From Eledone cirrhosa (taxonomy: Eukaryota): a stretch of DNA of 64,000 nt. This document shows positions 12,804 through 23,757 of this stretch, one piece after another. The notes under the pieces were generated by a model, which saw only the letters and a list, made by a program, of their open reading frames with translations, was not told the origin of the DNA and did not search any database. The stretch spans positions 337,032,001 to 337,096,000 of the forward strand of contig OZ024740.1 of assembly GCA_964016885.1 (NCBI GenBank), given 5' to 3'. The position numbers were made by a program, and so were the translations under genes. Position 1 is the first letter of the stretch; each line of letters starts with the position of its first letter.

Positions 12804-15800
12804 AATAAAAATAACTAACTGTTTGGAACATAACAAAAATATCACATAAAATTCCAATGGAAGGTTTTAATCTAAATTTAAACGGACTGTTTTATATCAT
12901 AGAAGAGGCAGTCCCAAGTGAGTTGCTATTAAATGGAATAATGCTAAAGTAAGTATTTATACACCTTGCGCATGTGTATATATTGTGACTAGTTCATTTT
13001 AAGAAACTGGAGTCTTTAGGTGTGAAACGTATTAAAGATAAATCTCTCTGGTTACGACACCATTCTATTATAAGAACATGTGCAGATGATCTTGTATGTA
13101 TTACTGAAGTAATATAGAATAAAGTCTATTAACCAAATAAACAATGAAACACCTGCAGTGAATTAGAATGTACGACCATTTATCTAGCCTTCCATTTGGC
13201 TACTCTGCTTTGACTGTGAATTTCAGTTAATAATAGCATAATATGGAATAGTATAATAGATATTAATAAAGGGTAATGATGATGGTGAAATGTTTATGTT
13301 GAAATTTAAATTCCTGATCTCGAAGTCAATTGTTTAACACAGAGTGAAAGTAATGTTGTAGTGAACTAACCTTTCTGCTTTATTCCCTTTTGGTGCATCA
13401 CCTTCTTCCACGTCGAGAGGGAGAGCATCAAAGAAGACTTGATTGTATCTTTTGGCTAAGGAAAATAACATGCAACTAATTAACAAAATTAGGAATTCCA
13501 GATTGAAATTAACAATCATAAGGCAATAACTATATACAATATTTACTCAAGACTCTTCAGTTACATCAAGCACATGATACCACAGTAAAATGCACCCAGT
13601 GCATTGTTAAGTGGTTGACATTAGGAATGGCATCCAGCTGTAGAAACCATGCCAAACAAAGAGTGTTGAAAAGACTCTTCAACTGTATAAAGGACATGAT
13701 AATCTCTCTAGTCTTGGTGCCACAATAAAATGCATCTAGTATACTCTGTAAAGTGGTTGGTACTAAGAATGGAATCCAGTTGTAGAAACCATGCCAAAAC
13801 TGGAACATAAGCAAGACTTTGGCTAGGATGGCAGTAACTCTGATTAAAGTATTGACTTGGTCTGTAATGACACACTCAACCCATGCCAGCATGGAAAAAT
13901 GGATGTAAAATGACGATAACTCGTGTGTAAGTAACCTTTTCCCATAAAACTACGATGTGAAAAACAAGTGTGTGATTTATCTACTAGGGCTACAAAACCA
14001 CAGTTGAAAATAAGGTACAACTTATACATGAGTATATACAGTATATAAAGTGCGACTTACCTACTGGGTCTACAAAACCACAGTTGAAAATAAGATACAA
14101 CTTATACATGAGTATATACAGTATATAAAGCAGCAGATTAAATATTATATAAAAAAAACAAAACAATTTAATTGTTGGAAATGGTATTTTACCAAAATGT
14201 CAAGGACACCTGTTGCATTATCAGCAGCAGCATAAATGATATCTAATTTAGACACAAGGACACCATATTTGGGAGAAGGGCAAAGTTGATTAAATCAACC
14301 CCAGTACTTCACTGGTACTTTATTTCATCGACAGAGGAAGGATGAAAAGCAAAGTTGACCTTGATGGGATTTGAACTCGAAATGTAAAGAGCCAAAAATA
14401 CTACAATGGCATTTTATCGATGCTCTACCAATCCAACAGTAGCATAAATGAAAGACAAGTAATTCTTACAGACAAATTTCAACAGCAAAAGACATGTAAA
14501 GGATACTTTGGTACTTCCCAACTGTCAGTCAAAGAAGGTTCCAAATTCACTAAAGGCCAGCCTGTCGTATCGATCAGGAACTCTTTGTAGAACTGAGTGG
14601 TGCCAATGATCTGGTAATAGAATATACAATTATGAAAATTTAAAATGTACAACGGAGAGTGATACAGTAATGTATCCAGGTTAGAATAGGTACATCATAC
14701 CTTGTGCGTGGTAAGAGGTGACTAAAAAGGGTTGGCACAAGGAAGAGCATCCAGCCACAAAAGATCTCTATGAATATGAAGTCTGTAATGGGGCCTGCAA
14801 GACCAACCCCAGGGATAATGGACTTAAAATGTTTGTAGTATCCCAATCATTTACAAAAAAAAATAATTTTGTTTTCCTAATTAATCATTGATGACAAAAT
14901 TGGATTTCCTAGTTTCAGTAGTTTTGTAATCCTCAGTGTTATCATCATTTTAACATCTATTTGTCCATGCTAGCACGAGTTGGACAAAACCTTTTGAAGT
15001 AGAATTATATGGTTGAATTCCCCTTTGAGGTCAATCCCTACTTGTTTTGTAAGTATGGAATGGAACTTTGCATGATAAAACTGTATGTGCTAGTGATATC
15101 AAATGTAAAGTAAAGAGACAGAAGCAAACACACATCATCATTTAATGCTTGTTTTCCCTTGCTAGCAGGGAAAATGGATATTAACCCTTTAATGTTCAAA
15201 CCGGCCAGAATTATCTACCCTTTTCTGTTGAAACTGGCTGTAACTGGTCACTCAAACTGATGTTAAGGTATTGATCTCAAAATAAATACTTTCAAAATCT
15301 CATATTCGATATTATGTGAGTTAAAGCATTTACCATGAAAATACAATAGTATATATAGAGTAATGTGAATGCTAAAGGGTTAAATGATGATGACATAATG
15401 GATTTGTACACTTTCTGTCTACCAAATTTACTTAACAATTGTGTAGCTCTGGGTTCGATCAGGCTCACTGCGTGGCACCTGTTAGGTTTCTCTACTATAA
15501 CCTGGGGTAAACCAAAGACTTCCATTTGGGTAGATGGAAGCTGTATGGAAACCTGTCCTTGCATGGTTAGACATAATCAATCAACAGGTTTCCCTTTAAC
15601 ATAGTCCATTTTGTTGCCAGTCTTCAGACCAGATCTCCAATCTAAGAAAAATCTTGATGTGTTGCTTCAAACTGCAGCAACCTATACGCTGTAGTTCATC
15701 CTTTTTTTTTTTTTTTCTACTTCAAGTTTCAGAAGCCGTCCTTCTTCTGACTACACCAGGTAAATAAAAAAACAATAAGCAAATATAATGCAATTACTGA

Positions 15801-18800
15801 AGTCAATCTTACCGCATGGTTACACCACATGTTATGGGTCCTCTGCTCAGAATCTAATCCATCATTCAAGTCAACACATGTCAATGCACTACCCTAGATG
15901 AAAACAAAACAGTACAGAGTAATGAATCCTATATATCTTGAAATCAAGAACTTGCAATCAGAAAACTAATAAAATTTAATAAAAAAATTATCAGTTCTTT
16001 TTATATGAATAAATTCTCTTTAAAGCAATTTTTGCTTCATTTCGTGCCTTATTAACCCCTTTGTTACCATATTTCTAATTAAAAAATGCCTATTATTTTC
16101 AATTAACTTGAAAAATAATAAAAAAAATCTAGATGGATTTAAGCTGATTAGAACATAGCAAGGGTTTTTACAAAACATCATGGTGGAAAGTGTGATAGCC
16201 AGGAGCAGAACAGGTTGGAAGAAGTTTAAAGAGCTAATATCTCTGCTGACAACAAAGGGCTTTTAGCTCAGTGTGAAGAGTAGACTGTATAATGCCTGCT
16301 TGCGAACTACAATGTTAAATGGTAGTAAAACAAGGGCTTTAACCACAGAATACCTGCGAAGACTGGAGGAAAATGAAGTAAGTATGTTCTGATAGATGTG
16401 TAATGTTAGTGTGCATGAAGGACGTAGCATAAGTGAACTGAGAGGAAAACCTGAGAGGGATTGGATGTAATGTGCAAGAGATTGGTGATAGGAAAGGCAG
16501 CCAGTCATAGAAAACTTGCCAAACAAAGGTTGAAGAGGATTTTCAGTTATGTCAAAGAGATGACAACCTGATTGCCACAATAACATGTAGCTAGTGCACT
16601 CTGTAAAGTGCAGAAATATAAGGCTTATTTGAGATATCAAATGCTTTTGTTAAGTACTGACATGGTCTGTGATGATTCAGCGAACCCTTGCATTAAATGA
16701 CAATAACAACTGATGTCTTAATTAAATTTATAAACAAAACAGAAATATTCCATTCTTTAACAATACTTACTTTCAAATTCAAATCTGGTAACTTTACAAA
16801 AGATCTTTCTTTATGATGTTTGAATATCATTTGGTTGATGAACTCCTCAATTTTAGCTCGATATTTGCTAAGAACAAAATTATAGAAATATAACTAAGGG
16901 ATCTTACATTGTTTTAATAATTAGAAGAGACAGCAATTAAACATGTCTTTAGTGTTAGACTGAGAAGAAAGTAAGTTGTACAACAGTGACATCAAAGAAA
17001 ATGTTTTAAAATAACTTCTCAAATTAATATTTTTCTGAATAATGAAATAAAAACTATTTTGGTAGACATGTCATCATCATCCTCAAAATAATTCTATGTA
17101 CAATTTCTATGCTGGTGTGACAAGCCACTAGGGTTTGAGTCAGTTCTTATTTGTAGTTATTACTCTCCTAGACATTTTGAAGGACTTCTCACTTATATGT
17201 GACATTTTTGGCACGGTTTCTATGGCAAGATACTCTTCAATATGTTAACTGCTTTACAGAGAATTTGGAGTTCATTTTATCATGACACCAGCATTATCAT
17301 TTTACAGAGTATACTGGGTGCATCTTATTGTGGAACCAGCACTACTAGCTTTTATTTTCTGATAAATAGTCTTGCATATGATCATCAATGTTACCGATGA
17401 TAAACATCATGCATAAGTTTAGTTCAGAAGACAACAGTATGTTGAAAAAAAAAGGGGGAACTGAAAAAAAACTGTTATATACAAGAACAGTTTCACATTT
17501 ATCAAGATTAATGAAGAGACTAAAATGAAATCACTCCTTTATTTGCACGTTGTAAAGCAGTATTTTAGCTCTACCAATACAGTAATGAAGTAGTGTTGGT
17601 GCCACAATAAAATTACAACCTGCCCACTCTGTAATGTAGTAATGCTGGTGCCATGATAAAAAGAATGCAGTCCCCCCTGTAAGGCTGTAGTGCTGGTGAC
17701 ATGTTAAAATGCTCCTAGTACACATATTAGCCAAGCCATGGTCATGGCCAGAGAGTGTGACAACTCATCTAACCAATACAAATATGGGAAATAGAAGTTA
17801 AATGATGATGATGATGATGATGATACTATTCAACTTTTTACTGAATGTATCCCAAGAAAACTCAACAAACTTTATGTCCTGCTGCTCAGCAGTTTGACAA
17901 CTAAGATCAGTGGACTTATTTGTTTTCAACTACCATATTTGAAAATAAGACATCTAGTCTTGTCTAATTCATGCCAGCAGGGGAAGTAGTCATAAAAACA
18001 TTAAACTTATAACCCACACAAAGTTAAGATAGCCTCCTATGATGGAGTATCTTGGCTGTTTTAATGATAGGCGGTATCAGTCATCATGAAAAGTAACGTG
18101 AAATGCAGCTTCTTGCTGGAGAAAAACAACAAAAAAATGTGCCAGTCAGTCTAAAAATCAAATACATGACTTTATGGTTGTTGAACACAACACTAATAAC
18201 TAGGCCAGGCACCTTCTGCATCATTTTATGTCCACCTTCCATAGTGGCATGGGTTGGTCATGTTGTCATGATCTGGGACTAGCCAGTTTTTTTTTGGAAA
18301 GAGAGAGAGGGACATTATGCTCATATGTTCCACGATTTCCACAGGAATCGTGACATTAATAGAATTGGTTCTGAAGACAGACTATCTAATATAATGAAAA
18401 AAAAAAAAAAAAATTTTAGATATACTGACCGAGAAAATTCATTATTTTGATATATAATTTGAAGATGAGGAGACTCTTCATCTGGAACACACCTAGAAGC
18501 ACGGAAGAAAATAATAAAATATAAATCTCATGTGGTCAATATAAAATTATCATAATCCCATCATTACAGCTCATACTTATATAAGTTTACATAGCCTCCT
18601 GTGAAGTTGCATCTCATAGGAGGTTTTTTTGAGTATTTTAATAAGGATCCCAGTCCATGCCATGCCATGAAAAGTAAAATTAAGGGTTTTGCTCTAGAAC
18701 ACAATGTGTTGTCTGGTCCAGGAATCAAATTCATGACCATGTCTCCAACACCCTAACCACTAGGCTACACATAAATTTCACCACAACCATTTTATGTCTG

Positions 18801-21262
18801 CACTAATGAGAAAGAGATTGATGATTGAGTTATGTCTAAACATTACTAAGTTAGATATAAATAAAAATCCATAGGAAAAACTGGTAAAGAACATTATAAA
18901 GGTAAAGTAATAACTGTTTCTACTTTTGGCACAAGGCCAGCAATTATCCCAGTGTATTACTGGTGCTTTATTTTATCGACCCCGTAAGGATGAAAGGCAA
19001 AGTTAACTTCGGCGGGATTTGAACTCAGACCATAAAGGGACGTAACTCTTTGCTGCAAAGCATGGCGTCCGACCCTCTACCAATACGCCCAAGCATGGCT
19101 ATGTGGCTAAGAAGTTTGCTTCGCAACCACATGGTTTCAGGTTCAAGCCTACTATGTAGCATCTTAGGCATTATCATTAAAATGATATCCTTGCTAGCAG
19201 GGAAAGTGGACAGTTTAAAAAAAAAAGAAGACAAATGTCATGTAAATAAAATTTGGTAGACAGAAACTGCAGAAGCCTGTTGTGTGATTCATAAAATAAA
19301 CATCAGATTAACTAAAAATCTACCAAGGTGGATATGATTGACTAATGAATTTGTTTAAGGCATGGCCAGTCTAAGAATTGAAACCAGTAAAAAATAAATA
19401 AATAAAGTGCTTAATTTGTTGTAGAACTTGTAGAACATTGAAATGAAGTTCAAAGTTCAAAATCTGTCAAACGTCATTCTTTTCATTTTCGTGATGTTGA
19501 TAAATAAACTGCCATCACTATAGGGAAAATAATTAGGTCACATTTGAATTTTCATTTTGAAAAATGTCCAACTTGAATTAACATTCACTAAGTTATAAAT
19601 GAGGTCGAGTAGGTGTCACGACAAAAAAAAAAAAGTCCACGCTGTAATGTGGCCGTGTTGGTAACACGGTGAAAACCTCCCAGTCCACACTGTAAACGTG
19701 GTTGGTGTTAGGAAGGGCATCCAGCCGTAGAAAACCTGCCAGACAGTCCTATACGAGGGAGACGACCAATCTTGCCTCAAGTGGGACAATTCCCGTCTAA
19801 ACTCATGCTAGCGTGGAAGATAGACGTTAAACGTTGATGATGATGATAAGTTATCACGCTAAAAATTGGTCAATAAGCAAGTCTTACCTGGTTGAGTCAA
19901 TCTTCTTAGCAAACTTTCGAAGTTTATCACCTATACATTCCTGTTAAGGACTTATAACAATGTTTATCACAATATGACATAAATTTTTTTTAATCCTTTC
20001 AGTACCATATCTCATGAACTTCAAATAATTAAGAATTTGGAGGGGTTTAGTAAGATAACTAATTTTCTCATTATTAAGCTGGCAATTGGAGCATAATTTA
20101 ACGAAGGTTCTTACATAAAATTATGATGGAAGGTTTTTAGATAAATATAAACATTAAAATAAGCAGCATTGTATCGTAGAACAAGGAGTAGCTTCAGAGA
20201 GTTTTGAATTAAATCTTTAACATCATTTTACGTCCGCTTGCATGAGTTGGACGGGGCCTTCTGTCGCGTTTCCTTGTCATCTCCGCATCACTTTAAAGTG
20301 AAACATCATAATAATATGCAAAGTAACAACAAAAATAATTGGCCACACCACTAATGACCCGAAAATGAAAGTAATTTTTAGTCGCAGTTTTAATGAAGAC
20401 CTCGGGATAAAATTATAATAATAAAAGTTAAATACATTGTTATTTACTCAATACTAAACACTGGAAATAAACGAATTTTAAAAACAAATTAACTACACTT
20501 TCTGTGATGTTTCGCTCCAAATTAGCTCAGGTGAGTAGTGAGGAAAGAGGGACTCTTATATCAGGTGTGTTAGACTGGAGAGGGATATGTAGAAAACATT
20601 TAGGTAGAATAAATGATTCGCTGGAAGTCGGTAATATAGGAACTTAACCACAACAATCATAGTTAAAAATACAATAAAAGGACAGCCATAAACAAACGGT
20701 TAAATCTAGCTTGATACAAAAACAGGGAATTTGTTAGTAACCAAAATGTTCTGAGGTAAGGGATAAAGAGAATCACAACATATATAAACTGTATATATAT
20801 ATATATTATAGCGCGTTAAAAACTATAATAGGAAGTAAATAATAGTTAACACGTGTTAAGGATACGTTCGTATTGTAGTTGGTGATTGGTGTGTTTCATC
20901 ATACCAACTAACTCATTTCCGTTCCTTTTCTTTCGTTTTTTACTCTGTTTCTCGCTTTTTCCTTCAATAACATCGTCATTCGTATTCTTATCATCAACAA
21001 TTTCATCTTCATCCTCGTTTGTTTGATCGTTGCTGTCTTTGTCGTTGGTATCTTCAACATCACTCTCCTCTGCAGCTTCTTCGGAGGATTTAGAATCCGA
21101 TTCAGAAGATGAGCTGGAATCTGAGTCTCCAAAACGAAATACGATTTTACTTCGATCTTCGGTGCCGTATTCATTTTGATTGTAGGAAATAAATGTCGAT
21201 GCAGAAGATCTGTCTTTTTCAAATTCTTCGAAAAGCGAAGAATCCCCAAATGAAGACGCCAT
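1..21262 (-). CDS. ZCCHC8: ZCCHC8 (zinc finger CCHC domain-containing protein 8, NEXT complex scaffold); spliced, 15 exons in window, 3' end beyond position 1
   Basis: Exons 20866-21262, 19888-19930, 18430-18492, 16771-16867, 15813-15893, 14507-14610, 13371-13448, 11622-11750, 9951-10013, 7879-8030, 6142-6204, 4469-4539, 2592-2660, 2015-2111 and 1-256 join in one open frame with GT-AG ends and matching phases. The translation has the ZCCHC8 hallmarks FGDSSLFEEFE, PHLQIIYQNNEFSRKYRAKIEEFI, WEVPKYNQVF, zinc knuckle CFNCGGAHMIRDC, PSP domain RYH..RFSNFKPGIISDNLREAM..IYKMRFYGYPPGWL, IIEYPGF and Pro-rich PPLPSDTPP. Confidence 0.95.
975..1190. mobile_element. piggyBac-type MITE (TTAA-CCC...GGG-TTAA)
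   Basis: TTAACCCTTTAGCATTT / AAATGTTAAAGGGTTAA; further copies at 3692-3905, 6729-6957, 15181-15383 and 51351-51845. Confidence 0.8.
2015..2111 (-). CDS. ZCCHC8: ZCCHC8 exon 14
   Basis: DDAKKRKRDTDKDGNPKRRVFLSSSDMEIDAE; NLS-like basic cluster and SDMEID motif. Confidence 0.85.
2165..2480 (-). mobile_element. Decayed LINE (RTE-like) ORF C-terminus in ZCCHC8 intron 13
   Basis: VKRWKPAWFSHVSHSNSLPKTILQGTLKGGE*RRSRQRNSWPDNIKDWT. Confidence 0.72.
2592..2660 (-). CDS. ZCCHC8: ZCCHC8 exon 13
   Basis: EHYKYDFPPIQEHQLKKVLHTNQ; AG/GTAAGT ends. Confidence 0.88.
2702..3013. mobile_element. hAT (Charlie-type) MITE
   Basis: TIRs CAATGCTACTCAAAGT / AGTTTGAGAAGCACTG; perfect 8-bp TSD GTGTAAAG. Confidence 0.9.
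3692..3905. mobile_element. piggyBac-type MITE copy
   Basis: Same family as 975-1190. Confidence 0.78.
4469..4539 (-). CDS. ZCCHC8: ZCCHC8 exon 12
   Basis: EIDPDLIIEYPGFTVPLPEGYRD; AG/GTATGC ends. Confidence 0.92.
4595..4800 (-). mobile_element. Old RTE 3' fragment
   Basis: MNVTESRGKGRPKKTY. Confidence 0.55.
5329..5950 (+). mobile_element. tRNA-headed SINE with RTE-type tail and an internal 49-bp tandem array
   Basis: Head GGAGGCACATGGCC..GAGTTCAATTC, core CCTTGAGCAAGACACTTT, 7 x 49-bp units at 5479-5823, GTTAGGAAGGGCATCC motif, RTE tail plus (GAT)n; a copy with fewer units lies at 59035-59335. Confidence 0.82.
6142..6204 (-). CDS. ZCCHC8: ZCCHC8 exon 11
   Basis: VGVSGDTLEEGEVELSVTGD; TTTCATTTCAG acceptor, GTAAGT donor, phases fit neighbours. 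Confidence 0.88.
6729..6957. mobile_element. piggyBac-type MITE copy
   Basis: Same family as 975-1190. Confidence 0.78.
7311..7816. mobile_element. hAT MITE with a nested TTAA-type MITE (about 7491-7752)
   Basis: CAGTGATTTC / GAAACACTG termini with ..TAGAC flanks. Confidence 0.55.
7879..8030 (-). CDS. ZCCHC8: ZCCHC8 exon 10 (PSP domain)
   Basis: DNLREAMRLGPNTVPIHIYKMRFYGYPPGWLQEAKTKTASGMSLFDKHGK; AG/GTAAGC ends. Confidence 0.95.
8204..9151. mobile_element. hAT MITE containing a nested RTE fragment
   Basis: CAGAGGTTCTCAAAGT / AGTTTGTGAACCTCTG termini, TSD TGCTATAG/TACTATAG; a related right end lies at about 5950-6103. Confidence 0.72.
8277..8925 (-). mobile_element. RTE family B 3' fragment nested in a hAT MITE
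   Basis: RRLRWYGHVMRMKDDSCIKKC..GRPRKTW plus the UTR motif GGTTGTGTTAGGGAGGGCATCC. Confidence 0.82.
9951..10013 (-). CDS. ZCCHC8: ZCCHC8 exon 9
   Basis: TSRYHADTDIRFSNFKPGII(S); AG/GTAAGT ends. Confidence 0.93.
11168..11258 (+). ncRNA. Degenerate hammerhead motif in a (TA)n-flanked insert (about 11109-11305)
   Basis: GAGGT-CCGACGA-GCTTTTGAT...ATCAATAGC-AAAA-CGTGC-GTC-ACTACTC; GAAA appears decayed to AAAA at a CpG. Confidence 0.5.
11622..11750 (-). CDS. ZCCHC8: ZCCHC8 exon 8 (CCHC zinc knuckle)
   Basis: KKPQCFNCGGAHMIRDCKEKKDPARIQMNRQNFMQNSQSSNP; AG/GTAAGT ends. Confidence 0.95.
13371..13448 (-). CDS. ZCCHC8: ZCCHC8 exon 7
   Basis: YNQVFFDALPLDVEEGDAPKGNKAE(R); acceptor TTTTCCTTAGCCAAAAG, donor GTTAGT. 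Confidence 0.88.
13449..14506 (-). other. U12-type GT-AG intron 6 of ZCCHC8
   Basis: 5' splice site GTATCCTTT; 3' end TTTTCCTTAGCCAAAAG with a variant branch site. Confidence 0.85.
13919..14130. mobile_element. pogo/Tc2-like MITE with a tandemly duplicated right end
   Basis: The block ctac...aacttatacatgagtatatacagtatataaag occurs at about 13981-14050 and 14062-14130. Confidence 0.55.
14507..14610 (-). CDS. ZCCHC8: ZCCHC8 exon 6
   Basis: IIGTTQFYKEFLIDTTGWPLVNLEPSLTDSWEVP(K); followed by the U12 donor GTATCCTTT. Confidence 0.92.
15181..15383. mobile_element. piggyBac-type MITE copy
   Basis: Same family as 975-1190. Confidence 0.75.
15813..15893 (-). CDS. ZCCHC8: ZCCHC8 exon 5
   Basis: GSALTCVDLNDGLDSEQRTHNMWCNHA; phase 0/0, AG/GTAAGA ends. 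Confidence 0.8.
16183..16490 (+). mobile_element. Old RTE RT fragment
   Basis: ARSRTGWKKFKELISLL..RLYNACLRTTML. Confidence 0.7.
16771..16867 (-). CDS. ZCCHC8: ZCCHC8 exon 4
   Basis: KYRAKIEEFINQMIFKHHKERSFVKLPDLNLK; AG/GTAAGT ends. Confidence 0.9.
18430..18492 (-). CDS. ZCCHC8: ZCCHC8 exon 3
   Basis: CVPDEESPHLQIIYQNNEFS(R); AG/GTCAGT ends. Confidence 0.9.
18912..19086 (-). mobile_element. tRNA-derived SINE copy
   Basis: Near-identical reverse complement of 63270-63447. Confidence 0.78.
19888..19930 (-). CDS. ZCCHC8: ZCCHC8 exon 2
   Basis: (R)DKLRKFAKKIDST(R); preceded by TCCTTAAC branch site and AG, followed by GTAAGA. Confidence 0.85.
19931..20865 (-). other. U12-type (minor spliceosome) GT-AG intron 1 of ZCCHC8
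   Basis: 5' splice site GTATCCTTAAC; branch site TCCTTAAC at 19950-19943 followed by 12 nt to the 3' splice site; no polypyrimidine tract. Confidence 0.9.
20866..21262 (-). CDS. ZCCHC8: ZCCHC8 exon 1 (acidic N-terminus)
   Basis: MASSFGDSSLFEEFEKDR...QLQYE; ends in phase 1 at the U12 donor GTATCCTT. Confidence 0.92.
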
Positions 21263-23562
21263 GTTTGCTGCTTTGTTGCAGTAAATATAAAACACGAAAT
21301 GCAGGAACGAGCTTTAAAACGAAAATTCTATTTGTATTTTCACTATCTGTTCATTTTTTTAAAAATTCACATAAGTAAATGTTTTTAATATATTTACAAG
21401 TAAGAAATTAATTTCTAATTAATTCTTAAATAACGTTTACCAAGGATACCTAATTACTGCATCGACAAATAATTAGTTGCCTTTATGTGTTTTTTTTTAC
21501 TAGTAAAACAAAAATCGCAAAAATAAAATAAAATTCAAAAGATTTAAATAGTTATAAATATTTAAATAGTTATAAATACATATATAATATATAATATATA
21601 ATATTTTCTTTCAGTTCGTTTCATATTTCCGGTTGCAATTACAGTCGAAACTTGAGTGTTTAAAAACTTGACTACTACGTTTTTAAGAGTAAATAATGCA
21701 ACATTGAAACTTCGACATGATTAAATGTAGATTTTAATGTTTATTTGAAGTATTAAACTATAAAATAATTTTATTCGCAATCCCAAGATATAACTCAGTA
21801 GTTTATATGTTTTGGTTGGTTGTAAATTGGACAGTATTATTATAAGTTGCATGTCAACCACTCTACTGAATTAGGACACATGTGGCGGGTTTTTTAAAAT
21901 CTCCTTCCTTGTTATTTAAGATATAACAATTTAATATCAAATTAAGAAAAACAACAACATAACGATATGAATAAAGAATATAGTGATGGTTAAAATAAAA
22001 ATGAACTATTCCATAATACACATTGGCAATCTTAAAGCATAGTCATCATTTTACGTCTATTTTTTCATATCTGGTATTATTTTGACGGACAGATCTAAAT
22101 CACTTTTTATTTGGAGTTACTCCCCTCTGACTGGCTGGTGGGCCACGTCTCATTCATATCTTCCAATTTTGGGCATGGTTTTTATAACGGGATACTTTTC
22201 CTCACACCAACCACTTTACTGGGTGCATTTTATTGGGGCACCAGCACTGGACAGGTTGTCAAATCTTTGCGATAAATAAAAAAATCCTCTCTACCTCATT
22301 CGTCACTATTTGATCATCTACGTAGTAGACTGACATTTTATTGTGTCACCATTGCAAGGCTAACGACACCTTTCCTCTCTATGCAGTCTCTGTTCTTTCA
22401 ATGCAAGTGTGATTGAAAGGGTGATTACAACCAAGATAATCTTACGCCTGTCTTCCATGATGGCAAGGGTTGGATAGGTTGATACTGTCTGAGGGCAAGG
22501 CTATTTTGGGGGTCCTATGGGGGGCTCCTGCAAAATCATCTGAGCCGAGTGATATTAACCAGTGAAGGTTGGGTGTCGGACAGGCATGCTGTGTCATTTG
22601 AGGGTGTAGTGGGTGACTGCAGCTGCGCAGGCGAGAAGAGGTAGCTGCTGCATCTCCACTCTGAGAGCATGTTTAAGGCTCGACATGTTAGGCTGACACA
22701 AAAGAGGTGATGGAAAGTGTCGCACATTGTGACCGGCATCTCTCTCACCTGTTGATTTGGCTCATGTGCTGCAGGTAGCTCTCTGTGTTTGTGGGGAATC
22801 GGGGATTGGAGCACTGTTCAGCAATGCGGGTGGGTGTTGACATTTCGTTGTTCAAGCTGAGACACTGATTGGCATCTCGAAAGTGGTTGGAGGTTAACTT
22901 ACTGATGTAGTGACGGTTGCGTGTTTGCGAAGAGTAACGGTTTGATTAATGTGGAAATATTTGAGAAATGCAGAAATGGACGTCATGTCTGTGTGTGTGT
23001 GTAAAAAAGAAGAAAAAAAACTGAAGTGTGCAAAAATGTAATTGGAAGGTCCAGCTTGTTACAAGTTTTTGCACTGATTCCACCTGAGGATTACGTTAAA
23101 GGTACACATATGTGTGGAATGCTCAGCATTTACACGTCGATTTCGTAGACAGGTTGTCCCATTGATAGAACAACAGAAACTTATATCAAAGTTATTTTGG
23201 AAAACAAAGAGTCAATGTAAAATTGTGTGATTGGTTTTGCATGAATGCTGTAGTAGTCTGGAAAGATGTATGGAATTAATCTATGTTGGAATCGAACAGG
23301 AGTATGGCTGTCTCAGCTTGTTGGCCAAAAGAGCCAAAGTAAGTTGGCAACTATATTGCTCTGGTCACCAGAACAAACTGAACTGGACTGAGTGTGGGTC
23401 AGCTATCAAGTTCAAATAGTACATTTTGCAAAATTCCAGGCCACAGAGACCACATCCTCAGAACATCATACAATGATACAAAAATGTCATTCTTCCTTTG
23501 TCTAGTCTGGTTAACTCTTAATGTCCTATACCACATGAAACTGCATTAGAAAGACACCGGGT

Positions 23563-23757
23563 GCCATTGAGATCTGAGACGTACTTGGACCCTGTACTGG
23601 CGAGCTCCTCAACAAGATCAGAATGTTGGCGGCTTGTCTGAGGGAGCAGCCCCGTGAAGTGAGGTGGCTGTTGCAGCGGGTGTCGCTGGTCATTTCCTGC
23701 GGGAATGCTTTTGCGGTCCTGTCCGTGGGGCGCAGCCACATCACCGCCACGCCCTAG
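23563..23757 (+). mobile_element. CRE-like non-LTR retrotransposon C-terminal (RLE region) fragment
   Basis: AIEI*DVLGP..ELLNKI..EQPREVRWLLQRVSLVISCGNAFAVL matches the A.ET.G.LGP...WL.QR.S.A..RGNA..IL motif; GC-rich island in AT-rich DNA. Confidence 0.7.

Noticed and set aside
19888-19932. Alternative frame for ZCCHC8 exon 2 (VINFESLLRRLTQPG), which would need a non-canonical U12 terminus
   Set aside because: The phases of exons 1 and 3 fit only the RDKLRKFAKK frame with a normal GT-AG intron.
22460-22990. GC-richer block that may be a TE coding remnant
   Set aside because: No motif I can assign with confidence.
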